Part shown: positions 1-9,900 of the stretch, piece after piece
How positions within the stretch are numbered: position 1 is the stretch's first letter
How the letters are laid out: every line of letters starts with the position of its first letter
Source: an uncultured Actinomycetota bacterium
Lineage (GTDB): Bacteria > Actinomycetota > Actinomycetes > Propionibacteriales > Propionibacteriaceae
DNA length: 64,000 bases
Direction: 5' to 3'
Assembly (NCBI GenBank): GCA_963769325.1
Contig: CAVYLH010000003.1
Coordinates: 866,391-930,390 of the forward strand
Program-made: the position numbers and the translations under genes
The notes under the pieces: generated by a model
Told to the model about the DNA's origin: nothing
Databases searched by the model: none
The model's input: only the letters and a program-made list of their open reading frames with translations

Positions 1-616
1 GAGCGGCCAGGATCCCCCCGAAGTACTGGCGGTTCACCTGCTCCATCACGCCACCGGGCCTGAGCGGAAGGTGAGCCGTCATGCCTTCGAGAATGCGCTC
101 CGCGCCGGCGGAGAGCGCGTCGAGTAGTTCCAGCACCTCTTCGGCCCAGGCGCGTACCTGGTCGCCGTCGGCTGAGTCGCTGCTTCGGGCCAGGCCGGCC
201 ACTACGCGTTCGCGGTCGCCGTCGATCGCTGCCAGTTCCTGCTGAATGCCCATGGCGATCCGATATTCCGTCTCGCCTGCCCGTCTCGCGATACTGGTCA
301 GCTCGCGGAACGCACTGTCGGCACTCGACCAGTCCGCCAGCATGTCGTCCACCGTGGACCCCAGGACCTCGGCAAGTGCGTACACCTCGTCCAGCCGGCA
401 GGGCCGGACACCCTTCTCGACCCGGTCGATCGTCGCCTGGTGGAACTTCAGGGCGTGCCGCTCGCGCAGCTGAGCCGCAAGATCGGTCTGGGACAAGCCG
501 CGAAGCTCACGGAGGCGCCGCACCTCGCGCGCGAAGGTCTGGCCCAGGGGGCCGACGTCGGCACCGCCGTCACGGTCGGGCCGACCGATCTTCGAGGACA
601 ACCCGCGTGCACGCAT
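1..616 (-). CDS. XRE-family HTH repressor (3' end runs off the window)
   Basis: Manual translation from ATG at 616: ...TFAREVRRLRELRGLSQTDLAAQLRERHALKFHQATIDRVEKGVRPCRLDEVYALAEVLG. Frame open to base 2. Absent from the ORF track because it has no stop in the window. Confidence 0.85.
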   Translation of the reverse strand, partial: MRARGLSSKIGRPDRDGGADVGPLGQTFAREVRRLRELRGLSQTDLAAQLRERHALKFHQATIDRVEKGVRPCRLDEVYALAEVLGSTVDDMLADWSSADSAFRELTSIARRAGETEYRIAMGIQQELAAIDGDRERVVAGLARSSDSADGDQVRAWAEEVLELLDALSAGAERILEGMTAHLPLRPGGVMEQVNRQYFGGILAA

Positions 617-636
617 ACCTGAACCATAACAACACC

Positions 637-688
637 ATGTTGCGTTGCCAATATGGTGCTTGACAGCCATGGGTTGGCAACGTAACAT
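637..688. promoter_or_regulatory. Operator inverted repeat overlapping a sigma70-type promoter for the Xis-like gene
   Basis: ATGTTGCGTTGCCAA (637-651) / TTGGCAACGTAACAT (674-688), 14/15 inverted match. TTGACA (660-665), 17 nt, TAACAT (683-688). Confidence 0.75.
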
Positions 689-728
689 CGACATGTTGGT
701 GTCCCATCACCCTGTTATGGAGCGAGCG

Positions 729-923
729 ATGATCGACGAAGCTGAGATCTGGTTCACCGCGCAGGTCGCCGAATACCTCAAGACCCCCGCCACCACGATC
801 CGGTGGTGGCGCCACATCGGCCAAGGCCCCAAGAGCTTCAAGCTTGGCGCCCGAAAGGTTGCCTACCTCAAACACGACGTCGAAACTTGGCTCGAGGAGC
901 AGTACACCTCCCAGGCGGTCTAG
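729..923 (+). CDS. AlpA/excisionase-like HTH protein
   Basis: MIDEAEIWFTAQVAEYLKTPATTIRWWRHIGQGPKSFKLGARKVAY. GGAG RBS upstream; divergent from the XRE gene. Confidence 0.85.
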   Translation: MIDEAEIWFTAQVAEYLKTPATTIRWWRHIGQGPKSFKLGARKVAYLKHDVETWLEEQYTSQAV

Positions 924-1224
924 GGCTCAGGACCCCGCGCCGGGGAATCACGCCAGCGAGTAATCCACAACGACTCCGCCGACCGAGGCAGTTCACCGCG
1001 ACGGCCCGAGCGCAGGGGGTGCGACCACGCCGGTCGCGGCGTCTAGTTGCGGACGTTTCCCGCGGTTAATCCGGCCGGGCCTGCACACTGGATGAAGGCG
1101 AGCGGAGGGGCGATGACTGTTGCGGGGAAGCCAGTGGCGTACGGCGTGGCGCCCTGGATGGCTGCTCCGGGGTTCCTCGTGGGTTTGTTCGTCGCTGACC
1201 TCTGGCCCGGCATCGGGATTTGGC

Positions 1225-2269
1225 TAGATCAGTAAGTCCAAGGGGTACTGGCGGCGTGGCAGCTTCCGGGTGTGGGTGAGGGTGTCCAAGAGTCGGTGTT
1301 GCTAACTCCTACCGAGAACGTGGAGGTTCTGGTGGACACCGATTTGGACACCCTCGCGACGGCACTCTATGTGACCACCGACGACTTGTTGAAGACCCAC
1401 CCCGAACAGGTCCCGGAACGACCTGCGGTGGGGATCGTGCCACGGATCAGTGACGCGGAGTTGATCGTGCTCGCGGTGATGCAGGCGCTGCTCGGCTACC
1501 GGTCAGAGACCCGCTGGTTACGTCGGGCCCACAAGGACTTTCACGCCATGTTCCCCTATCTGCCGGGCCAGTCGGGCTACAACAAGCGGCTGAAGAAGCT
1601 GGCCGGCACGATCGCGTGGCTGACCGGCCAGCTGGGCCAGCTGACCAGTGTCGCCACCGATGATGTGTGGGTCGCTGACTCGACCCCGGTCGAGTGCGGC
1701 CGCTCCCGGGAGACCGCGAAACGCTCCGAGTTGGCCGGCTGGGCCGAGTACGGCTACTGCGCCTCCCACTCCCGCTAGTTCTGGGGACTCCGGTTGCACC
1801 TGGTGTGCACCCTGCACGGCCTGCCGCTCGGCTGGGCGCTGACCGGCGCCAAGACCGACGAACGTGACGTCCTGGAAGACCTCCTGGCCACCACCCCCGC
1901 ACTGGCCCACCGGCCAGGTCGTCGGACCGTGATCGCCGACAAGGGCTACTACGGCGCCGACGTTCGAAGCCCGCCTGGCCGCCAACGGCATCGACCTGCT
2001 CCGCCCCGCCCGCAAAGGCGAGAAACCCCGTAGCCGCAGCCAGGTTCTTCAAACCACTACGGCAAATCATCGAGTCGATCAACGACACCCTCAAAGGCCA
2101 ACTCGACCTCGAACTTCCCGGCGGCCGCACCACCGCCGGGGTATGCGTCCGGATCGCGCAACGCGTCCTCGCCCTCACCGCCGCCATCTGGCACAACGAC
2201 CAAACCGGCCAGCCCGTCCGACGCTCACTCATCGCCTACGACCACTGACCCCTTGGAATTGATCATCTA
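1225..2269 (+). mobile_element. IS982-family insertion sequence
   Basis: Imperfect terminal IRs TAGATCAGTAAGTCCAAGGGGT / ACCCCTTGGAATTGATCATCTA (18/22), CTAG at both junctions, transposase inside. Confidence 0.85.
1332..2248 (+). pseudogene. IS982-family transposase, disrupted
   Basis: Motifs DSTPVECGRSRET, GYCASHSR-FWGLRLHL, IADKGY, RQIIESINDTLKGQLDLE. In-frame TAG at 1776 and two frameshifts near 1960 and 2030. Confidence 0.85.
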
Positions 2270-2573
2270 GGTGTCATCAGCCTCCTTCTGGCTGTCGGCT
2301 TGTTCGTCTGGCGCAAGTCGCCCCGATGGGCAGCTTGGCTTGCCGCCGGCGTGTCTGCTGGTGTCCTGGCGCTGTTCCTTCTGGCACTTGTGCAGATGCT
2401 GAATCCGAATGCCACGCCGAGCTCCGGTTCGGGGAGCGGATCGGCGACACCTCGTTAGGTCACGTCCGCGCAGGATCAGCCGCTGAATCCGGACGTTCGT
2501 GACTGTCGGGTCGGGGATGCCGATGGCACCGCGGGTGGTGGCGGTTCCTTCGCCTTCCTGTTGCCGGGTTGTG

Positions 2574-2975
2574 TTAGCCGATGTGGAAGGTCCCGATTTG
2601 TGTCTCCCCGTCTGACTCGTAGAGCGGGAAGTCCCATCCGTTGGGGTACTTCTGGTCGCGCTCGGCTTGCAGGCGGACAGCTTCGGCAGGGCTGGTTGGC
2701 TGGCCGGGGTGGTCGGGACTGAAGGCGTCAAGGTCGGCGCTTCGGCCATACCCAACGATGCTCTGGCCGGTGTTGTCGGTACCGCTCATCCAGACCAGGT
2801 CCGGTTGGCCTTGGGTGTCAGTGATGGCGCCGTAGGTTCGGCCGTTGGCGTTCACACCGAACCTGGTCGGCACCTGGTTCACGAACTGAACCGACACCGC
2901 CGCCTTGGCTGCCCGCGAGGTGGTGAAGTAGAGCCGGCCGCGGGAACCGGAGATTCCGAAGTCCTGCCAGCTGGG
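2574..2975 (-). pseudogene. C-terminal part of an actinobacterial hypothetical protein (no convincing start)
   Basis: Protein-like FGVNANGRTYG...PDLVWMSG...GY...PTSPAEA...PLYESDGETQIGTFHIG. The upstream part of the ORF looks non-coding and overlaps malQ. Confidence 0.5.
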
Positions 2976-3135
2976 ATTCCGGGTGGCGACCGCGCTTCTC
3001 GCTGGTGCGAGCATCCTGCGGGACCTGCTCACTGCGGGTCCGGCGGAGCGTGAGCAGATCGTCGCGCGGTCCCCGATCACCCCGCGCCGGCTCGGACCCC
3101 TCGTCAACGTCTGGGCACGCTGGCATGATGGAGGC

Positions 3136-4641
3136 ATGGCATCGCCCTTTGCCGGCCGTGAGCTCGGCGTCCTTCTGCACCCCTCCAGCCTCGCCGGTCC
3201 TGACGACATCGGCACGTTCGGGGCGGAGGCCTACCGGTTCGTCGACTGGCTCGCTGGCACGGGGGCCCGGATCTGGCAGGTCCTACCCCTGACCCTCAAT
3301 GGGCGGTACGACTCCCCGTACTTCAGCACCTCGGCCTTCGCCGCGAACCCCTTGCTCGTGGACCTGCGCCTGCTGGTCGACGCGGGCCTGCTGGCCGAGG
3401 CAGGTCTGCGGTTCGGGGCTGTCGACGACGCGGTCCCGTTCGCGGAGCTCCACTCGAGCAAGCTCCCCCGACTGCTGGCGGCGGCCCGGACGTTCCTCGA
3501 CACGCCACGGCACCCCTGGGCGGACGCGTTCTCGCACTTCCGGGCCCGCGAGGGCTGGCTGGCGGACACCGCGCACTTCTTCGCCCTCAAGGAGCTGCAC
3601 GGCGACGCTCCCTGGTGGCAGTGGCCGCCGGCGGTGCGGGTGCGCGAGCCGGCCGCCGTCGCCGCCTCGCGCGACGACCTGGCCGAGCGGATCAGGGCGT
3701 GGGAGGCGGTGTTCTTCTTCGCGGACCAGCAGTGGGCGCAGCTGCGGGCGTACGCCCGGGCGCACGGGCTGACGATCCTCGGCGACCTGCCGATCTACGT
3801 CGCCGACGACTCCGCGGACGTCTGGCTCCATCAGGACCAGTTCTTCCTGGACCCCGACGGCACCCTGACCGTGCAGTCCGGTGTGCCGCCGGACTACTTC
3901 AGCGAGACCGGCCAGCTGTGGGGTAACCCGCTGTTCCGGTGGGACGTCATGGCGCAGGACGGCTTCCGGTGGTGGGTGGACCGGCTGCGGCGATGCGTGG
4001 GACTCACCGACGTCGTGCGGATCGACCACTTCCGGGCCCTCGCCGCGTATTGGGAGGTCGCCGGTGACGCCGTGGACGCCCGCGGCGGGCGCTGGGTCCC
4101 CGGGCCCGGTCAGGCGTTCCTCGACGTGCTCGCCCGGGAGTTCCCCGGCCTGCCTTTCGTCGCGGAGGACCTCGGCACGCTCGACGAGGAGGTCCACGCG
4201 CTGCGGGACGCAAACGGCCTCTTCGGGATGCGGATCCTGCAGTTCGGCTTCGACGGCTTGCCGGACAACCCGCACCAGCCGCACACGTTCCCGACGTCGT
4301 GCATCGCCTACACCGGCACGCACGACAACGAGACGCTCCGCGGCTGGTGGGAGGGGCTCGACGCGCCCATGCGAGAGCAGGTAGCCCGGTACTACCAGTT
4401 CTCGCCGACCGACGACATCGGGCGGGTCGTGTGGTCGCTCATCGAGGCCGCGATCGGCTCGCGAGCCGACGTCGCCGTGATCCCCCTCCAGGACCTGCTC
4501 GTCCTGGACGACCGTGCGAGGATGAACGACCCGTCGGTGTTCGTCGGCAACTGGTCGTGGCGTATGCCGCCCGACGCGCTGAGCGCCGAACTCGCCACCT
4601 CCGTGCTCGCGCTGGCCGAGCGCCACGGACGAACCCGGTAG
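3136..4641 (+). CDS. malQ: 4-alpha-glucanotransferase (amylomaltase, GH77)
   Basis: GVLLHPSSL, WQVLPL, SPY, GDLPIYV, GVPPDYFSETGQLWGNP, RIDHFR, AEDLG, YTGTHDN, NWSWR. GGAGG RBS before ATG 3136. Confidence 0.95.
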   Translation: MASPFAGRELGVLLHPSSLAGPDDIGTFGAEAYRFVDWLAGTGARIWQVLPLTLNGRYDSPYFSTSAFAANPLLVDLRLLVDAGLLAEAGLRFGAVDDAVPFAELHSSKLPRLLAAARTFLDTPRHPWADAFSHFRAREGWLADTAHFFALKELHGDAPWWQWPPAVRVREPAAVAASRDDLAERIRAWEAVFFFADQQWAQLRAYARAHGLTILGDLPIYVADDSADVWLHQDQFFLDPDGTLTVQSGVPPDYFSETGQLWGNPLFRWDVMAQDGFRWWVDRLRRCVGLTDVVRIDHFRALAAYWEVAGDAVDARGGRWVPGPGQAFLDVLAREFPGLPFVAEDLGTLDEEVHALRDANGLFGMRILQFGFDGLPDNPHQPHTFPTSCIAYTGTHDNETLRGWWEGLDAPMREQVARYYQFSPTDDIGRVVWSLIEAAIGSRADVAVIPLQDLLVLDDRARMNDPSVFVGNWSWRMPPDALSAELATSVLALAERHGRTR

Positions 4642-4847
4642 CGCCGCTCAGAACAGGATCGTCGCGTGGCTCCCGACCTCCGGGAAGCCCAGCCGCCGGT
4701 AGGTCGCCAGCGCCGGGGCTCGACCCCCTGGCGGCAAGCCGATGCGGCCCCGGGTTTGTCCAGTCTGTTGAGCAGTTCGGGTGGGCACTCTGTCCGGCTG
4801 CCGCGGGCGTGTTGTTTCGGGGTGGGTCGGGACAGCCGGGCGGGGGG

Positions 4848-5660
4848 TCAGACTGTTGCGAGGGCGGCTTCGATGCGGCGGAACCCGTCTGGTGTCAGGT
4901 CCCCGCTCTTGACCAGCTTGGTGAGGTACTTGGGGAGGTCGTCGATCTGTTTGGCGGCGCCTTTGTTGCCGTGGTCGGGCTTCTTCGCAAGGTTGTCGAG
5001 ACGGTGGCCGAATTCGTCGGCCTTCTTGGGGTCCATCTGCCCGTCGGCGACCACGTTGTCGACCACTGCGCGCACGTTGGCCAGGGGTGATGTCGGCTGT
5101 CCGTTGGCGGCAACCTGAGGGGTGGTTTTCGGCGAAGCCGAAGTGGTCGGGGCCGTCGGCGTCATCGGAATCGAAGGCGTTCTTGGTGCGGACGGTTCGG
5201 AGGCGCCTTGGCCGCTGCGGCTCAGGAGTGGCGTCAGGACCGCCGCTGCCAGTAGGACACCCGCGACGAGGGCCGCGGCAATGAGCCACCACGACCGGGG
5301 TTGCATCTCGGCCGATCCAGCCGGCCGGACCTCTCGCGGGCGTGGGTCGGCGATATCCCGCGGCCAGGGCGCGGTGGGATACGGCCGGGTAGCGGCATGC
5401 GCGACTGTCTCGGTCTCCATCGGACCGCCGGTCGCGACAAGGACTGCCGTCGCTGCCGCGCCCGCCCCGTCCCGGGCCGCCATGATGATGCGGGCGAGTC
5501 GCTCCTCGACTTCGTCGGCGGAGGCCGGCCGCGCTTCTGCACGCTTGTTCAACAGTTGGCCGACAAGTGCCTCGAGAGCAGGACTCACCCCGGGTTGCCG
5601 CTGTCGGAGCAGGGGAGGGTCAGCGCTGACATTCTGCTGTGTCGGGGCAAGCCGGTGACG
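4848..5660 (-). pseudogene. Truncated Ser/Thr protein kinase (end of the kinase domain, TM helix and extracellular tail)
   Basis: QQNVSADPPLLRQRQPGVSPALEALVGQLLNKRAEARPASADEV resembles Hanks-kinase subdomains X-XI, followed by TM WWLIAAALVAGVLLAAAVL. In-frame stop just upstream; catalytic subdomains are missing. Confidence 0.65.
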
Positions 5661-6005
5661 CCGTCAACGACTCATCAATCGTCCAAGGCCACCTGCTGGT
5701 CCTGGCAGGAGTCCGGACACTGGTCGAGCCTCGGGCCTATTCACGGCGCCGAAGACCGCTGGGTCGTCTTCAACGCAGCGACGACGACTGCTGATGCAAA
5801 CCTGGATGGTCAAGATCGGTGTGACCTCGCACGCGACTACATCACTGACTTTGACGAGTGGCTCGGCTGACCGCCTTCAGTCCGCCTTGGCCCTATGCCA
5901 ATGCGACCTCAGCGCCAACGCCGTCGACAGCGACCCAGCCCGGCCCACGACATCACACCTGTCATCGGCAGTATCGACCGCGCGCAGCGCGGCAGAGTCG
6001 CGTGT

Positions 6006-6407
6006 TCAGTGGTTGGTCTTGATGACTTCGATGACGCAGCGTGGGCCAGTGGATCTGGAGAGGCGCCTGTCGCCGGTGAGCAGGGGTGCTTGGAGTGCCT
6101 CGGCGAGGGCGACGTAGGCGGCGTCGTAGATCGTGAGGTTGTCGCGCAACTCCCAGCAGCGGGCCAGGAATGGCGTGTGCTCGACGCGCTGGATCGGCAA
6201 GTCGCGGAGGTCGTCGAGGGCCAGCCCGACCCGCCGTGGATCCAGATGGCCGCCGCGGGCCAGCCCGCGCCACACCGAGGCCACTTCGAGGTCGATCAGC
6301 GCCGGTGCGGCAAGCTGTTCGCCGTGCAGTCGGTGCCGGACAACGTCGCCGTCAGGGCCATCGTCCAGGAGGGCGACGGCCAGGACACTGGCGTCAATGA
6401 CGAGCAC
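6006..6407 (-). CDS. vapC: VapC PIN-domain toxin
   Basis: MLVIDASVL...LIDLEVAS...NLTIYDAAYVALAE...LLTGDRRL. Confidence 0.92.
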   Translation of the reverse strand: MLVIDASVLAVALLDDGPDGDVVRHRLHGEQLAAPALIDLEVASVWRGLARGGHLDPRRVGLALDDLRDLPIQRVEHTPFLARCWELRDNLTIYDAAYVALAEALQAPLLTGDRRLSRSTGPRCVIEVIKTNH

Positions 6408-6624
6408 GGTCGAACCGCAGAGCGCTCACCGCATCCGCCAGGGGCAGCGATCCACCGGCCCGGCCGCCGGCCCGTTCCAGCACCTCATCCACTGTCGGCC
6501 GTGCCGCCTCTGCAATCAGTTTCGAGCGTAGGTACTCCTGCAGTGACTGGTGTGCCGCGCTCGCTCGTTGCCGCAGCACGGCGTGGGTGTCGTCGGGCAC
6601 ATCCTTGATCTGAATGTTCGGCAT
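6394..6624 (-). CDS. vapB: VapB/FitA-like RHH antitoxin
   Basis: MPNIQIKDVPDDTHAVLRQRASAAHQSLQEYLR; overlaps the vapC start. Confidence 0.9.
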   Translation of the reverse strand: MPNIQIKDVPDDTHAVLRQRASAAHQSLQEYLRSKLIAEAARPTVDEVLERAGGRAGGSLPLADAVSALRFDRARH

Positions 6625-6854
6625 GGAGCCATTATGGCGCCGCCAGCGCCAACATGGAAGCACGCTGTATTCGGCATGAGAGTGACATTGGGGGCCGTCG
6701 GTAGGAGGTCCAGATGGCCCTCGCGGACGTGCGAGATCCTCATGGTCCCGGGCTTCCGGAGCCCGGGGCTCCTTCCTCGCCTGCCAGTTTCACCCACCCG
6801 TACGCCAGCCTTACCGCGCCGAACCCCCCCTTGAACCCCGGAGGCTAGTCCCAG

Positions 6855-6899
6855 CCGCCTTCAAGGAAATCCTAGACCAGAGCCCCTTCCTTGAAGCGG
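6855..6899. promoter_or_regulatory. Inverted repeat just upstream of the relaxase (candidate oriT or operator)
   Basis: CCGCCTTCAAGGAA (6855-6868) ... TTCCTTGAAGCGG (6887-6899). Confidence 0.4.
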
Positions 6900-6904
6900 A
6901 CGTA

Positions 6905-9900
6905 ATGTACCATGGCAGCGTGGCCATCACCGGTATGGGTATCGTGCGGGTGGCGGGCGCGCCCGGGTATGTGAGGTACCTGTCGGAGTGCGGCCATTCG
7001 CGCGCGGACGAGTACTTCTCCGAGCATGGGCACGCGGTGGTGACGTGGCGCGGTATTGGTGCCGACGGCAAGCTGGTGGAGCGGCAGCTGACGGCGGAGG
7101 AGTTCGGCCGGTTCATGGCCGGTTTGGACCCGGACACCGGGGCGTCGCGGTGGGCGCAGCGGGTGGAGGCGGAGCATGTCGCGGCCGTCGACTTCATTGT
7201 GAACGGACCGAAGGAGTGGAGCATCCTCGCGGTGCTGGATCCGGGGGTGCAGGCGGCCCTGTTGCGGGGCCAGGTGAACGCCGAGCGCGCCGTGTTGCAG
7301 TACTTGTGGGATAACGGGACGGTGCAGGCGAAGCAAGCCGGCCGGGTGGTGCGGGTGCCGGTGGAGCGGATCGAGATCGCGTCGGTGCAGCATTTCTCGT
7401 CCCGGGCAGGGGACCCGCATTTCCACCGGCACATGGAGATCTCGGCCCGGGTGTGGGCAGCAGGGAAGTGGCGGGCGCTGGACTCCCTGGGGGCGAGAAA
7501 CCTGAACGTTGCCGTGCAGGCGATCTTCCACCGCGAGCAGCTGCGGGCGCTGCGGCCGGAGTTCGAGCGGCTCGGCTATCAGGTCGACGAGGTCGGTCAG
7601 ATCGCGCTGCTGCGGCCGGTGGTGGACGCGATGAGCCGGCGGGCGGCCCAGGTGGAGCGGAACCTGGCGCGGATCGAGGCCACGTGGCGGGCGGAGCATC
7701 CAGGGCAGGAGCCGTCCGCAAGGATTCTGAGCAAGTGGGGCGTGCTGGCGTGGGAGAAGCAGCGGCCGTACAAGGGCGAGGCGGGTGTGCTGGATGAGGA
7801 GTTGGCGGTGTGGGCTGCCCGGATCGGTGAGGTGATGGCCGAACACGGCATCGTCGAGCCTGCGCCCGGCGCAGCGACGGACCGGCGGGTCAGTGTGGCG
7901 TTGTTCGACCGAGACGCGCTCGCAGCCGAGTTGGTGGAGACGCAGGGTTTGAAGCGGTCGGCGTGGTCGCGGGCCGACCTGGAAGCGGCGGCGATCATGG
8001 CCGTCGAGGGGCGGGTGCGGGGGGATCGTGCGGCGGTCGACGAGCTGGCTGGGGACGTGGTGGCCCGGGCGTTGGGGGAGTCTCGGCTGTTGCCGAGTGT
8101 TGCCGGCGGCAGGCCGTCGGCGGCGGTGAAGTGGTGGACCAGCCCGGCGGTCATGGAGCGGGAGAACGAGCTGCGGGCCGGGCTGGCGGTCCTGGCTGAC
8201 GGCGATCGGTTGAGCGTGGTTGAGGGTGCCGCGGGTGTAGGGAAGACGACCAACCTGGCCGGGTACCTCGAGGAGGCGGTCGCGGCCGGCCGGCGGGTCG
8301 CGGTGGTGGCCCCGACCGGGGCGGCTGCGATCGTTGCTGCCGGGGCTGGTGTCGAGGCGTCGACGGTCGATTCTCTGCTGGGACGGTACGGCTGGGACAA
8401 GAACGCGGCGGGCGGCTGGGTGTGGGTCGAGCCCGACCGGCGCCCGAGGGAACCGCTGCCCACCGGCAGCAGACTCGTGGTCGACGAGGCCGGGATGGTG
8501 TCCCAGGACGCGGCCCGGGCGCTGGTCACCCTTGCCGGCGCGTGTGGTTGGCGGGTGCGGGTCCAGGGTGACTCGTTCCAGTTCTCCGCGGTCGGGGTGG
8601 GTGGTGTCATGGAGCTGGCGAAGGGCGCCGCGCGTCCCGAACGGGTGGCCCTGCTCGACGATGCCGGTGACGTGCACCGCTTCCGGCTGCGTACCGGTGG
8701 CCGTGATGAGGCCTACGCGGCGCACAGCATCGCGATCCGCACCGGAACCGATCCGGAGGCCACCGCGGCGACGGTGATGGGTCGCGCCAGGGTGTACGCC
8801 TCCGAGGCCGAACGTCAGACCGGGATCGCGCAGGAGTGGGCCGAGCGTGCTCATGCCGGGACGGGGTTGGTGATCGCCGGCACCAATGCGGACGTGCAGC
8901 AGCTGAACGGGCTGATCGCCGACCGGCTGCGCACGGTCGGGATCGTGACCGGTGACACGATCGCGACCGCACCGCGGGGGGAGTGGGCCTCGGAGACGAT
9001 CAGCGAGGGCGACATCGTCGCGACCCGGGTCAACGGCGTCGACGAGGCCGGTCACCGGTACGCGAACCGGGAACGCTGGCGGGTCGACGCCCTGGACGAT
9101 GTCGGGGCGTACCTGATCAGTCTCGACGGCCGCCGAGAGGTGCGGCTGTCGGTCGGTGCGGCGCGTGAGCAGCTGCAACTGGCATATGCGGTGACCGGGT
9201 ACGGCGCCCAAGGGGTCACGGTCAACGAGGCCGTCCTGCTGATCGCCGAGCAGATGGACCGTCCCTCGTTCTATGTCGGCTCGACCCGAGGCCGCTACAC
9301 CAACCAAGCCGCGATCCTCGCCCCCGATGGGGACCCGAACCTGGCGCGCGCCCAGCTCGAGGCGATCCTGTCCCAGCCTGGCGCCGACACAGGATGGCGT
9401 GCCGCCGACCTGGCCGCGGCCGCCGACCGGCAACGGATGGGCGACCTCGTCGACCTGCCCAGCCGCCACGTCCCCGCGATCGATACCGGACAGGCCGCCG
9501 AGGCTGCCGAGCAGATCGCACGGGACGCCGACTGGCCGGACGAGGTTCGCGATCCCCACCTGTTCGACAAGGCACTCGCCCACGTCGACCAACTCCAGCG
9601 CCAGCGGGCCCTCGACGCCGGCCGGCAGGAGGCCAGCCTCGAACAACTGCGCGCCCGCCTCGCCAAGGCCATCGACACCAACCAACACCTGGCCTCCCGG
9701 GAGGCCAGTGCGGCCGAGCGGGTCGGGCAGGCCGAGCAGGCCACGAAGGCTGCCCAGGAAGCCGTGCTGGCCGCCGAGGACCGCCTCCGGCACGCGAACC
9801 CGTTCAACCGCGGCAGCCGCGAGCGCGACCTCACCGCCGCCCGGGACACGCTCTGGGCCGCCCGACAGGCCGAGACCGGCCAGCGCACGCGTCATGCCGA

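Larger units (their letters stand above)
1113..2458 (+). pseudogene. Small membrane protein gene (about 100 aa) interrupted by IS982
   Basis: Joining 1113-1227 to 2271-2458 (one CTAG kept) gives an intact 303-nt ORF with hydrophobic segments: MTVAGKPVAYG...GIWLGVISLLLAVGLFVWRKSPRWAAWLAAGVSAGVLALFLLALVQMLNP... Confidence 0.7.

Noticed and set aside
5660-6000. Small gene between the kinase fragment and vapC
   Set aside because: No credible start or recognisable family; probably a remnant.
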